Source: Mobula hypostoma (lineage: Eukaryota). Taken from it: DNA of 64,000 nt. Of the stretch, positions 10,400-22,045 are shown piece after piece. Made by a program: the position numbers and the translations under genes. The first letter of the stretch is position 1. Each line of letters begins with the position of its first letter. The DNA is taken from assembly GCF_963921235.1 (NCBI RefSeq), contig NC_086108.1, positions 101,124,001-101,188,000 of the forward strand, given 5' to 3'. Below the pieces are notes generated by a model, which saw nothing but the letters and a program-made list of their open reading frames with translations, was not told where the DNA came from and did not search any database.

Positions 10400-12412
10400 G
10401 GAGAAGATGAATCAGGGTGGATAAATTCTCAGGGCCCGACAAGATGCCCCTCAGACCTAGTGGGAGGTTAATACAGAAATTCCTGGGGCCCTGGCAGAGA
10501 TATTTAAGACATCCTTAGCCACTGGTAAGATGCTGGACGATTGGGGGATAGCTAATACTGTTGTTTAAGAAAGTCTCTTAAGAATAAGGTGAAAGTTATA
10601 GGCCTGCGAGCCTGATATCAGTAGAAGGTAAATTGTTGGAAGATATTCTCAAGGACAGGATATATAAGAAAGAAGACAGAGGGTAGTGGTTGAAGGGACT
10701 TATTTGAGCTGGAGGTCTGTAATTAGTTGTGTTCCACAGGGATCTGTTTTTGGAGGTCTGCTGTTCATGATATAACTGACTTGAATGAAAATGTAGATGG
10801 GTGGACTTGTATGTTTGTGGCTGATACCAAAATTGGTGAAGTTGTGGATAGTGTATGTAAGGGAGTTTCGATTTTTATGTTACTGCGGAGGCTAATTAAA
10901 ATGGCGTCTTTGTTATGTTAATCTGGGGAATGCGGCTTTGTTGTGTTAAGCGCTGAGAAAGTTTGCGCTAGCAGCTTATTGTGGTTTAGAGGGTGATAAG
11001 AAATACGTTATTAACCAATTGGGATAGTTGTTATAGTTTTGGTGTATTTGAAGATACTGTATGCGAGAGGTTTTGGGAGAGAAGGCGGGAGAGCGAGACA
11101 GAGGATGGACGAGGTGCTGTGAGTCCGCTAACGGGGTCAGACCCCGAGTGGGACATTCGGCGAGGAAACGGAGACGGACTCGTGCTCGTGTGGAGTGTCT
11201 GGTTGACCACCGTTGTTGGTCCCAGGCGGCCGGTCGAGGTGGTCCGAAGGGGTCGCAGGGTGAAGAAGGTCCTTGAGCTCCAACGGTTTTTGTGCACGAA
11301 GAGATTGAACTTCGGTAAGTGTGGCGCCTTTTATTTTCCTTTTATATTTTATTCTCTTTTAAATATATAGTTCCAGTAATATCTATAAACTGTATATCAT
11401 TTAATTGTATCTGGTGTATTGTCTGTTATTTGGGCGGGGTGGGGTACCTCACACAGCATCCACACAAACGAATTCCCCAGTTTGGCGGGGCCGAGGCTGT
11501 TTCCCTTGACGACAACGAGCCGAGCGACCCTGAGGGTGGCCAGGGGGGCTACATGTAGAAGACTAACAAAGAATACAGCACGATATAGATCAGTTGCAGA
11601 TAGCAGTTGGAGTTTAACCCAAGTAAACATGAGATGTTGTACTTTGGAAGGGCAAATGCAAGGAGACAGTACACTATTAAGGGTAAGATCCTTAACAACG
11701 TTGTTGAGCAGAGAGATTTTAGGGTCCAAGTTTCTAGTTTCTTGAATGTGGCTGCAAAGGTCAATAAGGTGGTTAAGAAGGCTTTTGAAGTGCTTGCTTT
11801 TATTAGTCAAGGCAATGAATTCAAAAGTCAAGAGGTTATATTGCAACTTTATAAAACTCTGGTTAGGCCTCATCTGGAGAACTGCATACAGTTCTGGTTG
11901 CCCCACTATAGGAATGATGTTGAGGCTTTGGAGAGGGTGCAGAAGAGGTTTACTGGGATGCTGCCTAATTTAGAAGGCATGCGCTATCACGAGAGGCTGG
12001 ATAAACTTGGGTTGTTTTTTCTGCAGCGTCAGAGGCAGAGGGGAGATTTGATAGAGGTTTACAAGATTATGAGAGACATAGATAGAAAAATAGAGGATAT
12101 ATGTTTTCCAGTATAGAAATGTCGAATGTCAGAGAGCATGCATTGAAAGTGAAAGGGGGTAGGTATAAGGGCGATGTGAGGTATTTTACTCAGAGTCATG
12201 GATGGCTAGAAGGCACAGCCTGGTGTGGTGGTAGGGGCAAATACATTAGAGGATTTTAAGAGAGGTTTGGATAGTCACATGGATGGAGGGATATGGAAAT
12301 GGTGTAGGTGGGGGGTGGAGTAACGTTTGGGTGTTTTTGATTTGCTTTTTAGCTGGTTTGGCACAACACTGTAAGCTATTCCTGTGCTGCACTCTTCTTT
12401 GTGTTATGTTCT
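10400..12412 (+). mobile_element. CR1 LINE ORF2 (RT to 3' end), interrupted by a solo LTR
   Basis: ...DTKIGEVVDSV | EFNPSK...LYKTLVRPHLE.C.QFW.PHY; reading resumes after the LTR. Confidence 0.9.
10856..11553 (+). mobile_element. Solo LTR
   Basis: TGTAA...CTACA ends; 4-bp TSD TGTA (10852-10855, 11554-11557); CpG-rich, inserted in a CR1 RT. Confidence 0.85.
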
Positions 12413-12779
12413 ATAAGTATTTGGCAAGACATGACCTGATTAGTGATAGTCAACATGGCTTTGTGCATATTAGGTCAAACCTAACCAATCTTATAGAGTT
12501 TTTCAAGGAGTTTACCAAGAAGTATGATGAAGAAGAAGCAGTGGATGTTGTCTACATGGACATTAGCAAGGCCTTTGACAAGTCCTGCATGGGATTTTGG
12601 TCAAGAATGTTAAGCCACTTGGCATTCAGGATGAAGCAGCCAACTGGATTCAGCATTGGCTTAATAGGGCAAGCCAGAGAGTGGTAGTAAATGGATGTCG
12701 ATGTCAATGGAGGCGTGTGACTTTTGGTGTGCTGCTGGCTTCAATGTTCCTTGTCATCTATATCAACAATCTGGGTGAT

Positions 12780-15537
12780 CAAGCAACACACATCAAAGTT
12801 GCTCGTGAACGCAGCAGGCCAGGCAGCATCTCTAGGAAGAGGTACAGTCGACGTTTCAGGCCGAGACCCTTCGTCAGGACTAACTGAAGGAACAGTTAGT
12901 AAAAGATTTGAAAGTGGGAGGGGGAGGGGGAGATCCAAAATGATAGGAGAAGACAGGAGGGGGAGGGATGGAGCCAAGAGCTGGACAGGTGATTGGCAAA
13001 GGGGATATGAGGGGATCATGGGACAGGAGGCCCAGGGAGAAAGATAGGGGGAGGGGGGAAGCCCAGAGGATGGGCAAGGGGTATAGTTAGAGGGACAGAG
13101 GGAGAAAAAGGAGAGAGAGAGAGAAAGAATGTGTGTGTATAAATAAATAATGAATGGGGTGCGAGGGGGAGGTGGGGAATTAGCGGTAGTTAGAGAAGTC
13201 AATGTTCATGCCATCAGGTTGGAGGCTACCCAGATGGAATATAAGGTGTTGTTCCTCCAACCTGAGTGTGGCTTCATCTTTACAGTAGAGGAGGCCGTGG
13301 ATAGACATATCAGAATGGGAATGGGATGTGGAATTAAAATGTGTGGCCACTGGGAGATCCTGCTTTCTCTGGTGGACAGAGCGTAGGTGTTCAGCAAAAC
13401 GATCTTCCAGTCTGCGTCGGGTCTCGCCAATGTATAGAAGGCCACATTGGGAGCACCGGACGCAGTATATCACCCCAGCCAACTCACAGGCGAAGCGTCG
13501 CCTCACCTGAAAGGACTGTCAGGGGCCCAGAATGGTGGTAAGGGAGGAAGTGTAAGGGCATGTGTAGCATTTGTTCCGCTTACAAGGATAAGTGCCAGGA
13601 GGGAGATCAGTGGGGAGGGATGGGGAGGACGAATGGACAAGGGAGTCGCGTAGGGAGCAATCCCTACGGAAAGTGGGGGGGGGGGGGAGAGAGAAAGATG
13701 TGCTTAGTGGTGGGATCCCGTTGGAGGTGGCGGAAATTACGGAGAATTATATGTTGGACCCGGAGACTGGTGGGGTGGTAGGTGAGGACCGGGGAACCCT
13801 ATTCCTAGTGGGGTGACAGGGGGATGAAGTGAGAGCAGATGTGCGTGAAATGGGGGAGATGCATTTGAGAGCAGAATTGATGGTGGAGGAAGGGAAGCCC
13901 CTTTCTTTAAAAAAGGAGGACATCTCCCTCGTCCTGGAATGAAAAGCCTCATCCTGAGAGCAGATGTGGCAGAGACGGAGGAATTGCGAGAAGGGGATGG
14001 CATTTTTGCAAGAGACAGGGTGAGAAGAGGAATAGTCCAGATAGCTTTGAGAGTCAGTAGGCTTATAGTAGACATCAGTAGATAAGCTGTCTCCAGAGAC
14101 AGAGACAGAAAGATCTAGAAAGGGGAGGGAGGTGTCAGAAATGGACCACGTAAACTTGAGGGCAGGGTGAAAGTTGGAGGCAAAGTTAATGAAGTCAACG
14201 AGCTCAGCATGCGTGCAGGAAGCAGCGCCAATGCAGTCATCGATGTAGTGAAGGAAAAGTGGGGGACAGATACCAGAATAGGTTTGGAACATAGATTGAT
14301 CCACAAAGCCAACAAAAAGACAGGCATAGCTAGAACCCATACGGGTGCCCATAGCTACACCTTTAGTCTGGAGGAAGTGGGAGGAGCCAAAGGAGAAATT
14401 ATTAAGAGTAAGGTCTAAATCCGCAAGATGGAGCAGAGTGGTGGTAGAGGGGAAACGGTTAGGTCTGGAATCCAAAAAGAAGCGGAGAGCTTTGAGACCT
14501 TCCTGATGGGGGATAGAAGTATATAGGGACTGGACATCCATGATGAAAATAAAGTGGTGGGGACCAGGGAACTTAAAATCATCGAAAAGTTTAAGAGCGT
14601 GAGAAGTGTCACGAACATAGGTAGGAAGGGATTGAACAAGAGAGGATAAAACCATGTCGAGGTATGCAGAAACGAGTTCGGTGGGGCAGGAGCAAGCTGA
14701 GACAATAGGTCTGCCAGGACAGGCAGGTCTGTGGATCTTGGGTAGGAGGTAGAAACGGGAAGTTCAAGGTGTGGGAACTATAAGGTTGGTGGCAGTGGAT
14801 GGGCGATCCCCTGAGCGGATAAAGTCAGTGATGGTGTGGGAAACAATGGCCTGGTGCTCTTTAGTGGGGTCACGATCGAGGGGTAAATAAGAGTTGTCAC
14901 TGTGCCTCGGCAAGATAGAGGTCAGTACGCCAGACTACAACAACACCCCCCATATCGGCGGGTTTAATAGTCAGGTTAGGATTAGTGCGGAAGGAGTGGA
15001 GAGCAGAGCGTTCGGAAGGAGTAAGGTTGGAATGGGAACAAGGTGCGGTGAAGTCGAGACGGTTGTTGTCCCATCAGCAGCTAGCGATAAAGAGATCCAG
15101 AGCAGACAGAAGACCAGAGCGGGGCATCCATGAAGAGGAGGAGGGTTGAAGACAGGTGAAGGGGTCATCGGTGGGGGTGGAAGAGTCCTTGCCGAAGAAG
15201 TAGGATCGGAGATGGAGACGGTGGAAAAAAGAGATCCACATCATGGTGAACGTGGAACCCACTGAGGTGTGGGCGAAGAGGGACAAAGGTGAGGCCCTTA
15301 CTGAGGACACAGCATTCCGCCTCAGACAGTTGAAGGTCAGAGGGGATGGTAAAGACCCGGCGCGGATGAGAGCTGGGATTGGAGGGGGGAGGGAGGAGGC
15401 CTCGGGTGTCAGTGGAAAGGGGACGGTTGGGGTCAGAGGAAGATGGAGCCTCTGAGGGCCCAGGAGCTGACAGTGGGAGGGAGACGAGGTTGCAGAGTGG
15501 TGGTGGGGGAAGGGGAGATGGGAGTCACAATAGCAGC
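12780..15537 (-). mobile_element. Penelope-like retroelement (RT + GIY-YIG endonuclease), frameshifted
   Basis: RT motifs MDVQSLYT, GVAMGTRMG, YIDDC; GVIYCVRCSQCGLLYIGET...RFAEH GIY-YIG; 3' terminal repeat at ~12780-13180. Confidence 0.95.
12845..12882 (-). ncRNA. Minimal type I hammerhead ribozyme (Penelope terminal repeat)
   Basis: UAGUC-CUGACGA-AGGGUCUCGGCCU-GAAA-CGUC-GACUG; stem I UAGUC/GACUG; stem III reduced to the palindrome ACGU. Confidence 0.8.
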
Positions 15538-15550
15538 ACATAAAGACAAC

Positions 15551-16754
15551 ATACATCAAAGTTGCTGGTGAACGCAGCAGGCCAAGCAGCATCTATAGGA
15601 AGAGGAGCAGTCGACGTTTCAGGCCGAGACCCTTCGTCAGGACTAACTGAAGGAAGAGTGAGTAAGGGATTTGAAAGCTGGAGGGGAAGGGGGAGATGCA
15701 AAATGATAGGAGAAGACAGAAGGGGGAGGGATAGAGCCGAGAGCTGGACAGGTGATAGGCAAAAGGGGATACGAGAGGATCATGGGACAGGAGGTCCGGG
15801 AAGAAAGACAAGGGGGGGGGTGACCCAGAGGATGGGCAAGAGGTATATTCAGAGGGACAGAGGGAGAAAAAGGAGAGTGAGAGAAAGAATGTGTGCATAA
15901 AAATGAGTAACAGATGGGGTACGAGGGGGAGGTGGGGCCTTAGCGGAAGTTAGAGAAGTCGATGTTCATGCCATCAGGTTGGAGGCTACCCAGACGGAAT
16001 ATAAGGTGTTGTTCCTCCAACCTGAGTGTGGCTTCATCTTTACAGTAGAGGAGGCCGTGGATAGACATGTCAGAATGGGAATGGGATGTGGAATTAAAAT
16101 GTGTGGCCACTGGGAGATCCTGCTTTCTCTGGCGGACAGAGCGTAGATGTTCAGCAAAGCGGTCTCCCAGTCTGCGTCGGGTCTCACCAATATATAAAAG
16201 GCCACATCGGGAGCACCGGACGCAGTATATCACCCCAGTCGACTCACAGGTGAAGTGATGCCTCACCTGGAAGGACTGTTTGGGGCCCTGAATGGTGGTA
16301 AGGCAGGAAGTGTAAGGGCATGTGTAGCACTTGTTCCGCTGACATGGATAAGTGCCAGGAGGGAGATCAGTGGGGAGGGATGGGGGGGACGAATGGACAA
16401 GGGAGTTGTGTAGGGAGCAATCCCTGCAGAATGCAGAGAGAGGGGGGGAGGGAAAGATGTGCTTAGTGGTGGGATCCCGTTGGAGGTGGCGGAAGTTACG
16501 GAGAATAATATGTTGGACCCGGAGGCTGGTGGGGTGGTAGGTGAGGACCAGGGGAACCCTATTCCTAGTGGGGTGGTGGGAGGATGGAGTAAGAGCAGAT
16601 GTACGTGAAATGGGGGAGATGCGTTTAAGAGCAGAGTTGATAGTGGAGGAAGGGAAGCCCCTTTCTTTAAAAAATGAAGACATCTCCCTCATCCTAGAAT
16701 GAAAAGCCTCATCCTGAGAGCAGATGCGGCGGAGACGGAGGAATTGCGAGAAAG
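15551..16754 (-). mobile_element. 5'-truncated Penelope-like element with uninterrupted C-terminal ORF (15940-16758)
   Basis: SQFLRLRRICS...CQRNKCYTC...GVIYCVRCSRCGLLYIGET; flanked by ACATAAAGACAAC (15538-15550, 16755-16767). Confidence 0.95.
15608..15645 (-). ncRNA. Minimal type I hammerhead ribozyme
   Basis: 38-nt sequence identical to 12845-12882. Confidence 0.8.
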
Positions 16755-17179
16755 ACATAAAGACAACTTTTGTTAAAATGGATCAGTCAATTTGCAGATT
16801 ACACAAAGATTGGGTTCTGATTCTGGACCAGCTGAAAAAATGGACTACAAAATGAAGACAAGTGTGAGGTGTTGCACTGTGGGAAGACAGACCAGAGCAA
16901 GACTTACACAGTGGCTGTAAGGTGTGTCATGGAACAGATGGAGCTGGGAATACAGATCTATAATTCCTTGAAATTGGCATCACATGTAGATAAGGTCATA
17001 AAGAGAGATTTTGGCATATTGGCCTTCAAAAATCTGGGCAATGAGTACAGGATTTGGGATCTTGTACAAGGTTGAAGTTGTACAAGGTGCTTATGAGGCC
17101 AACTTTAAATTATTGTGTGCAGTTCTGGTCACTACATCATTTAAAGGCATCAATAAGCTTGAAGGAGTGCAGTGAACAG

Positions 17180-18445
17180 TGGCCAATCAGAAATCCAAAG
17201 CGTGAGAACACGTAGCTCACTCAGGTTTGCCAACTGTGTACATAAGGCATCAACTCATGGCAGTTCGGTGCTTTGAGCAATAGCTAATCAGCGATCTGGA
17301 TTGATTGGCAAGAATACATTAAACTAAGGCAGGGGCAAATGGAGCGGCTATTGTTGGATTTGAGGCTTTAGCGAGGAGATGCTTGTGAGAGAAAGTGAAA
17401 AGCTCTAGCTAGATTTTTCCCCTTCAGTTTACTTATTGTTTTTGCTTCCTTATATCTGCTCAGTTAGAACAGTAGGAAGCCAGGCAGGATAGTTGAATGC
17501 TCCTCTTGTGAGATGTGGGAAGGGAGGAAGACCTCACGTGCCCCTGATGACTACACGAGAGAAGGACAACCAGATGCAGCTTCTAACAAACTGCGTTAAG
17601 TAGTTGAGCTGGAATTGGATAACTCTGGATCATTCGGCAGATTGAGGGGTTGATAGACAGAACATATAGAGAGGTAGTTACACCCAAGGTGCAGGACATG
17701 TGAAACTGGGCGACAGTCAGGGAAGGGGAAAGGGGTTAAACAGCCCGTGCAGAGTACCCCTGTGGTCATCCCCCTCAACAACAGGTAGATCACTTTGGGT
17801 ACTGTTGGGGGGGGAATGACCCCCCAGCAGAGGGAAGTCACAGTGGTTAGGTCTTTGGCACTGAGTCTGGCTCTGTGACTCAGAAGGAAAGTGGGGACAG
17901 GAGGTGAGCTGTTGTGATAGGGGATTCATTAGTTAGGGGAAACAGAAAGAAGGATTGTGTATGAGAATAAGATTCCCAGACGGTATGTTGCCTCTTGGGT
18001 GCCAGGTTCCGGGACATATTGGATCAAATCTTCGGTATTTTTAAGTGGGAGGGTGAAAAGCCAGAAGTCGTGGTCCATGTAGATACCAATGACACAGGTA
18101 GGAAGAGTGATGAGGTTTTGCGAAGTAAGTACAGGGAGTTAGATGCTAAGTAATAGAGCATGACCCCCAGGGTTGTGATCTCAGAACTGCTATGCATACA
18201 ACACGCTAGTGAGGCCAGAAATGGAACGTTTAGCACATGGCTAAGTAATTGGTGTAGTAGGGAGGGTATAAGCTTTCTGGACTCTCTTCCAAGGAAGGTG
18301 AGACCTGTACAGATGAGATGGTTTGCACCTGAACTGCAAGGGAACTAATATCCAGTGGGAAGGTCTGCAGTACTACATGGCGTGGTTTAAACTAAAGTTG
18401 CAAGGGGGATGGGAACCAGCGTGCCAGACCTGATAGTGGAGAGGA
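17180..18445 (+). mobile_element. CR1 5' part: degenerate ORF1 (zinc finger + SGNH esterase)
   Basis: Homologous to the minus-strand ORF1 at 51676-52640 (CSSCEMWE..., VIGDS.VRG, CCL.GAR). Confidence 0.8.
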
Positions 18446-20012
18446 TAGAACATAGAACATAGAAGAAATACAGAACAATACAGGCCCTTCAGCCTACAAA
18501 GCTGTGCCAAACATGTCCTTACCTTAAACTACCTAGGCTTACCCATAGCCCTTTATTTTTCTAAGCTCCATGTAGCCATCCAGGAGTCTCTTAAAAGACC
18601 CTATTGTTTCCGCCTCCACCACCGCCACTGACAGCCCATTCCACGCACTCACCACTATCCATGTAAAATCTAGCCCCTGACATCTCCTCTGTACCTACTT
18701 CCAAGCACCTTAAGACTATGCCCTCGCGTGCTAGCCATTTCAGCCCTGGGAAAAAGCCTCTGACTATCCACCAGATCAAAGCCTCTCATTATCTTGTACT
18801 CTTCTATCAGGTCACCTCTTACCCTCCGTCACTCCAAACAGAAAAAGCTGAGTTCACTGCTCCCCAATCCAGGCCAACGTCCTTGTAAATCTCCTCTGTA
18901 TCCTTTCTATGATTTCCACATCCTTCCTGTAGTGAGGCGACCAGAATTGAGCACAGTACTCCAAGTGGAGTCTGACCAGGGTCCTATCCAGCTGCAACAT
19001 TACCTCTCGGCTCTTAAACATAATCCCACAATTGATGAAGGCCAATGCACCGTATGTCTCCTTAACCACAGAGTCAACCTGCATGGCAGCTTTGAGTGTC
19101 CTATGGACTCGGACCCCAAAATCCCTCTGATCCTCCACACTGCCAAGAGTCTTATCATTATGCTATATTCTGCCATCATATTTGACCTACCAAAATGAAC
19201 CACCTCACACTTCTCTGGGTTGAACTCCATCTGCCACTTCTCAGCCCAGTTTCACATCCTATCAATGTCCCACTGTAACCTGTGACAGCCCCCCCACACT
19301 ATCCACAACACCTCGAACCTATGTGTCATCAGCAAATTTACTAATCTATCCCTCCACTTCTTCATCCAGGTCATTTAATAAAAATCACGAAGAATAGGGG
19401 TCCCAGAACAGATCCCTGAGGCACACCACTGGTCACCGACCTCCATGCAGAATACGACCCATCTACCACCATTCTTTGCCTTCTGTGGGCAAGCCAGTTC
19501 TGGATCCACAAAGCAATATCCCCTTGGATCCTATGCCTCCTTACTTTCTCAATAAGCCTTGAATGGGGTACCTTATCAAATGCCTTGCTAAAATCCATAT
19601 ACACTACACCTACGACTCTACCTTCATCAATGTGTTTAGTCACATCCTCAAAAAATTCAATCAGGCTCGAAAGGCATGACTTTCCTTTGACAAAGCCATG
19701 CTGACTATTCTTAATCATGTTATGCCTCTCCAAATGCTCATAAATCCTGCCTCTTAGGATCTTCTCCACCAACTTACAAACCACTGAAGTAAGACTCACT
19801 GGTCTATAATTTCCAGGGCCATCCCTACTCCCTTTATTGAATAGGGGAACAACATTTGCAACCCTCAACTCCTCTGGGACCTCTCCCGTCCTCATTGATG
19901 ATGCAAAGATCATCGCCAGAGGCTCAGCAATCTCCTCTCTCGCTTCCCACAGTAGCCAGGGGTACATCCCATCCGGTCCCGTTGACTTATCCAACTTGAT
20001 GCTTTCCAAAAG
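18446..20012 (-). mobile_element. CR1 LINE, 5'-truncated
   Basis: (TAGAACA)n tail at 18446; NYRPVSLTS...[11 protein letters not shown]...[12 protein letters not shown] motifs. Confidence 0.92.
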
Positions 20013-20055
20013 CTTGGTGTGGAATGATGAAAGTTTGGCACGGTCACTGTCTGTT

Positions 20056-21227
20056 ATAGAACATAGAATAGTACAGCACAGTACAGGTCCTTCGGCCCAC
20101 AATGTAGTGTCGACCCTCAAACCCTGCTTCCCATATAAGCCCCCACCTTAGATTCCTCCATATACCTGTCTAGTAGTCTCTTAAACTTCACTAGTGTATC
20201 TGCCTCCACCACCGACTCAGGCAGTGCATTCCACGCACCAACCACTCTCTGAGTAAAAACCTTCCTCTAATATCCCCCTTGAACTTCCCACCCCTTACCT
20301 TAAAACCATGTCCTTTTGTATTGAGCAGTGGTGCCCTAGGGAAGAGGCGCTGGCTATCCACTCTATCTATTCCTCTTATTATCTTGTACACCTCTATCAT
20401 GTCTCCTCTCATCCTCCTCCTCTCCAAAGAGTAAAGCCCTAGCTCCCTTAATCTCTGATCATAATGCATACTTTCTAAACCAGGCAGCATCCTGGTAAAT
20501 CTCCTCTGTACCCTTTCCAATGCTTCCACATCCTTCCTATAGTGAGGTGACCAGAACTGGACACAGTACTCCAAGTGTGGCCTAATCAGAGTTTTATAGA
20601 GCTACATCATTACATCGCGACTCTTAAAGTCTATCCCTCGACTTATGAAAGCTAACACCCCATAAGCTTTCTTAACTACCCTATCCACCTGTGAGGCAAC
20701 TTTCAGGGATCTGTGGACATGTACCCCGAGATACCTCTGCTCCTCCACACTACTAAGTATCCTGCCATTTACTTTGTACTCTGCCTTGGAGTTTGTCCTT
20801 CCAAAGTGTACCACCTCACACTTCTCCGGGTTGAACTCCATCTGCCACTTCTCAGCCCAATTCTGCATCCTATCAATGTCTCTCTGTAATCTTCGACAAT
20901 CCTCTACACTATCTACAACACCACCAACCTTGGTGTCGTCTGCAAACTTGCCAACCACCCTTCTAGCCCCACATCCAGGTCGTTAATAAAAATCACGAAA
21001 AGTAGAGGTCTCAGAACAGATCCTTGTGGGGCACCACTAGTCACAATCCTCCAATCTGAATGTACTCCCTCCACTACGACCCTCTGCCTTCTGCAGGCAA
21101 GCCAATTCTGAATCCACCTGGCCAAACTTCCCTGGATCCCATGCCTTCTGACTTTCTGAATAAGCCTACAGTGTGGAACCTTGTCAAATGCCTTACTAAA
21201 ATCCATATAGATCACATCCACTGCACT
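20056..21227 (-). mobile_element. Young CR1 LINE copy, 5'-truncated
   Basis: Near-identical to 25808-27000 and 48490-49680; KFADDTK, PHLEYCVQFW motifs. Confidence 0.93.
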
Positions 21228-21410
21228 GCATTCTAGCCCATACAAGAGTGTGGACAGAACACAGCTCTGGTACAAATTCACCTTGGTGTGGATGCTGTAT
21301 TTGGTTGTTCCCTGTATGTTAGCCACTGATCTGAAGACATTTCAAGCTTTACTGAGTCTACACTGGATGTTATCTTTTGTCCCACCTTCCTGTCGAATAA
21401 TGCTGAGCAG
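21228..21410 (-). mobile_element. RTE-clade LINE RT fragment (continues at ~20013-20055)
   Basis: TKVNLYQSCVLSTLLYGLEC | ITDSDRAKLSSFHTK rejoins across the CR1 insertion. Confidence 0.7.
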
Positions 21411-21976
21411 TACAGTGCAATCCATAAATTATAAATTACAAGAACTACAGTATATGTATAAAAATTAAATAAGTATATCTAACATATAAAAATATTAGCA
21501 GTAGAATCTGGTACTCCTTTTAGACTCCGGACAGGATTTTAGTATCTGGCTCCTTGTGTATGAAATTTGAACCCATAGGGGACTGAATATTTCTGTCAGA
21601 ATTCAGTTGATCCTGGACTTCACATCTCAAAGTCTGTCCTGGATTCAACTTTATAACTGAGTAGCATTAACAATATCGACCGCGACCCTCTAGCTCAAAC
21701 CTGCTATTAGTCTGCAAACAATTTCCTATGTGACATAGGAGGCCATTCATCGAATCCATACTGGCACTCAGGGCAATCCTATCAGTTCAGGTTTATTTTC
21801 ACTAACATGTCATGAAACTTTGAACACAGATGTCCTGATGAAGGGTCCTAGTTCGGCTTAACATAGCGATAAGGGTGCTGAGGTGTCTAGGGAAGGAGAA
21901 GGGTATTGAGCTGGGGGTAAACTGTGTTCAGACTGAGGGCTTAGAAATAGGTGACTTAGGAGTTCAGGATGTAGAG

Positions 21977-21979
<3 letters not shown>

Positions 21980-22025
<46 letters not shown>

Positions 22026-22045
22026 CGCACGCGCGCGCGTGCGTA
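21980..22045. repeat. Compound (TG)n(CG)n microsatellite
   Basis: 66 nt of uninterrupted purine/pyrimidine alternation. Confidence 0.95.

Larger units (their letters stand above)
12413..17180 (+). mobile_element. CR1 ORF2 fragment (12413-12779 and 16768-17180) split by two Penelope copies
   Basis: SQHGF...NLIEFF...YMD.SKAFDK...VIYINNL continues as ...ISQFAD.TK after 16767. Confidence 0.8.
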
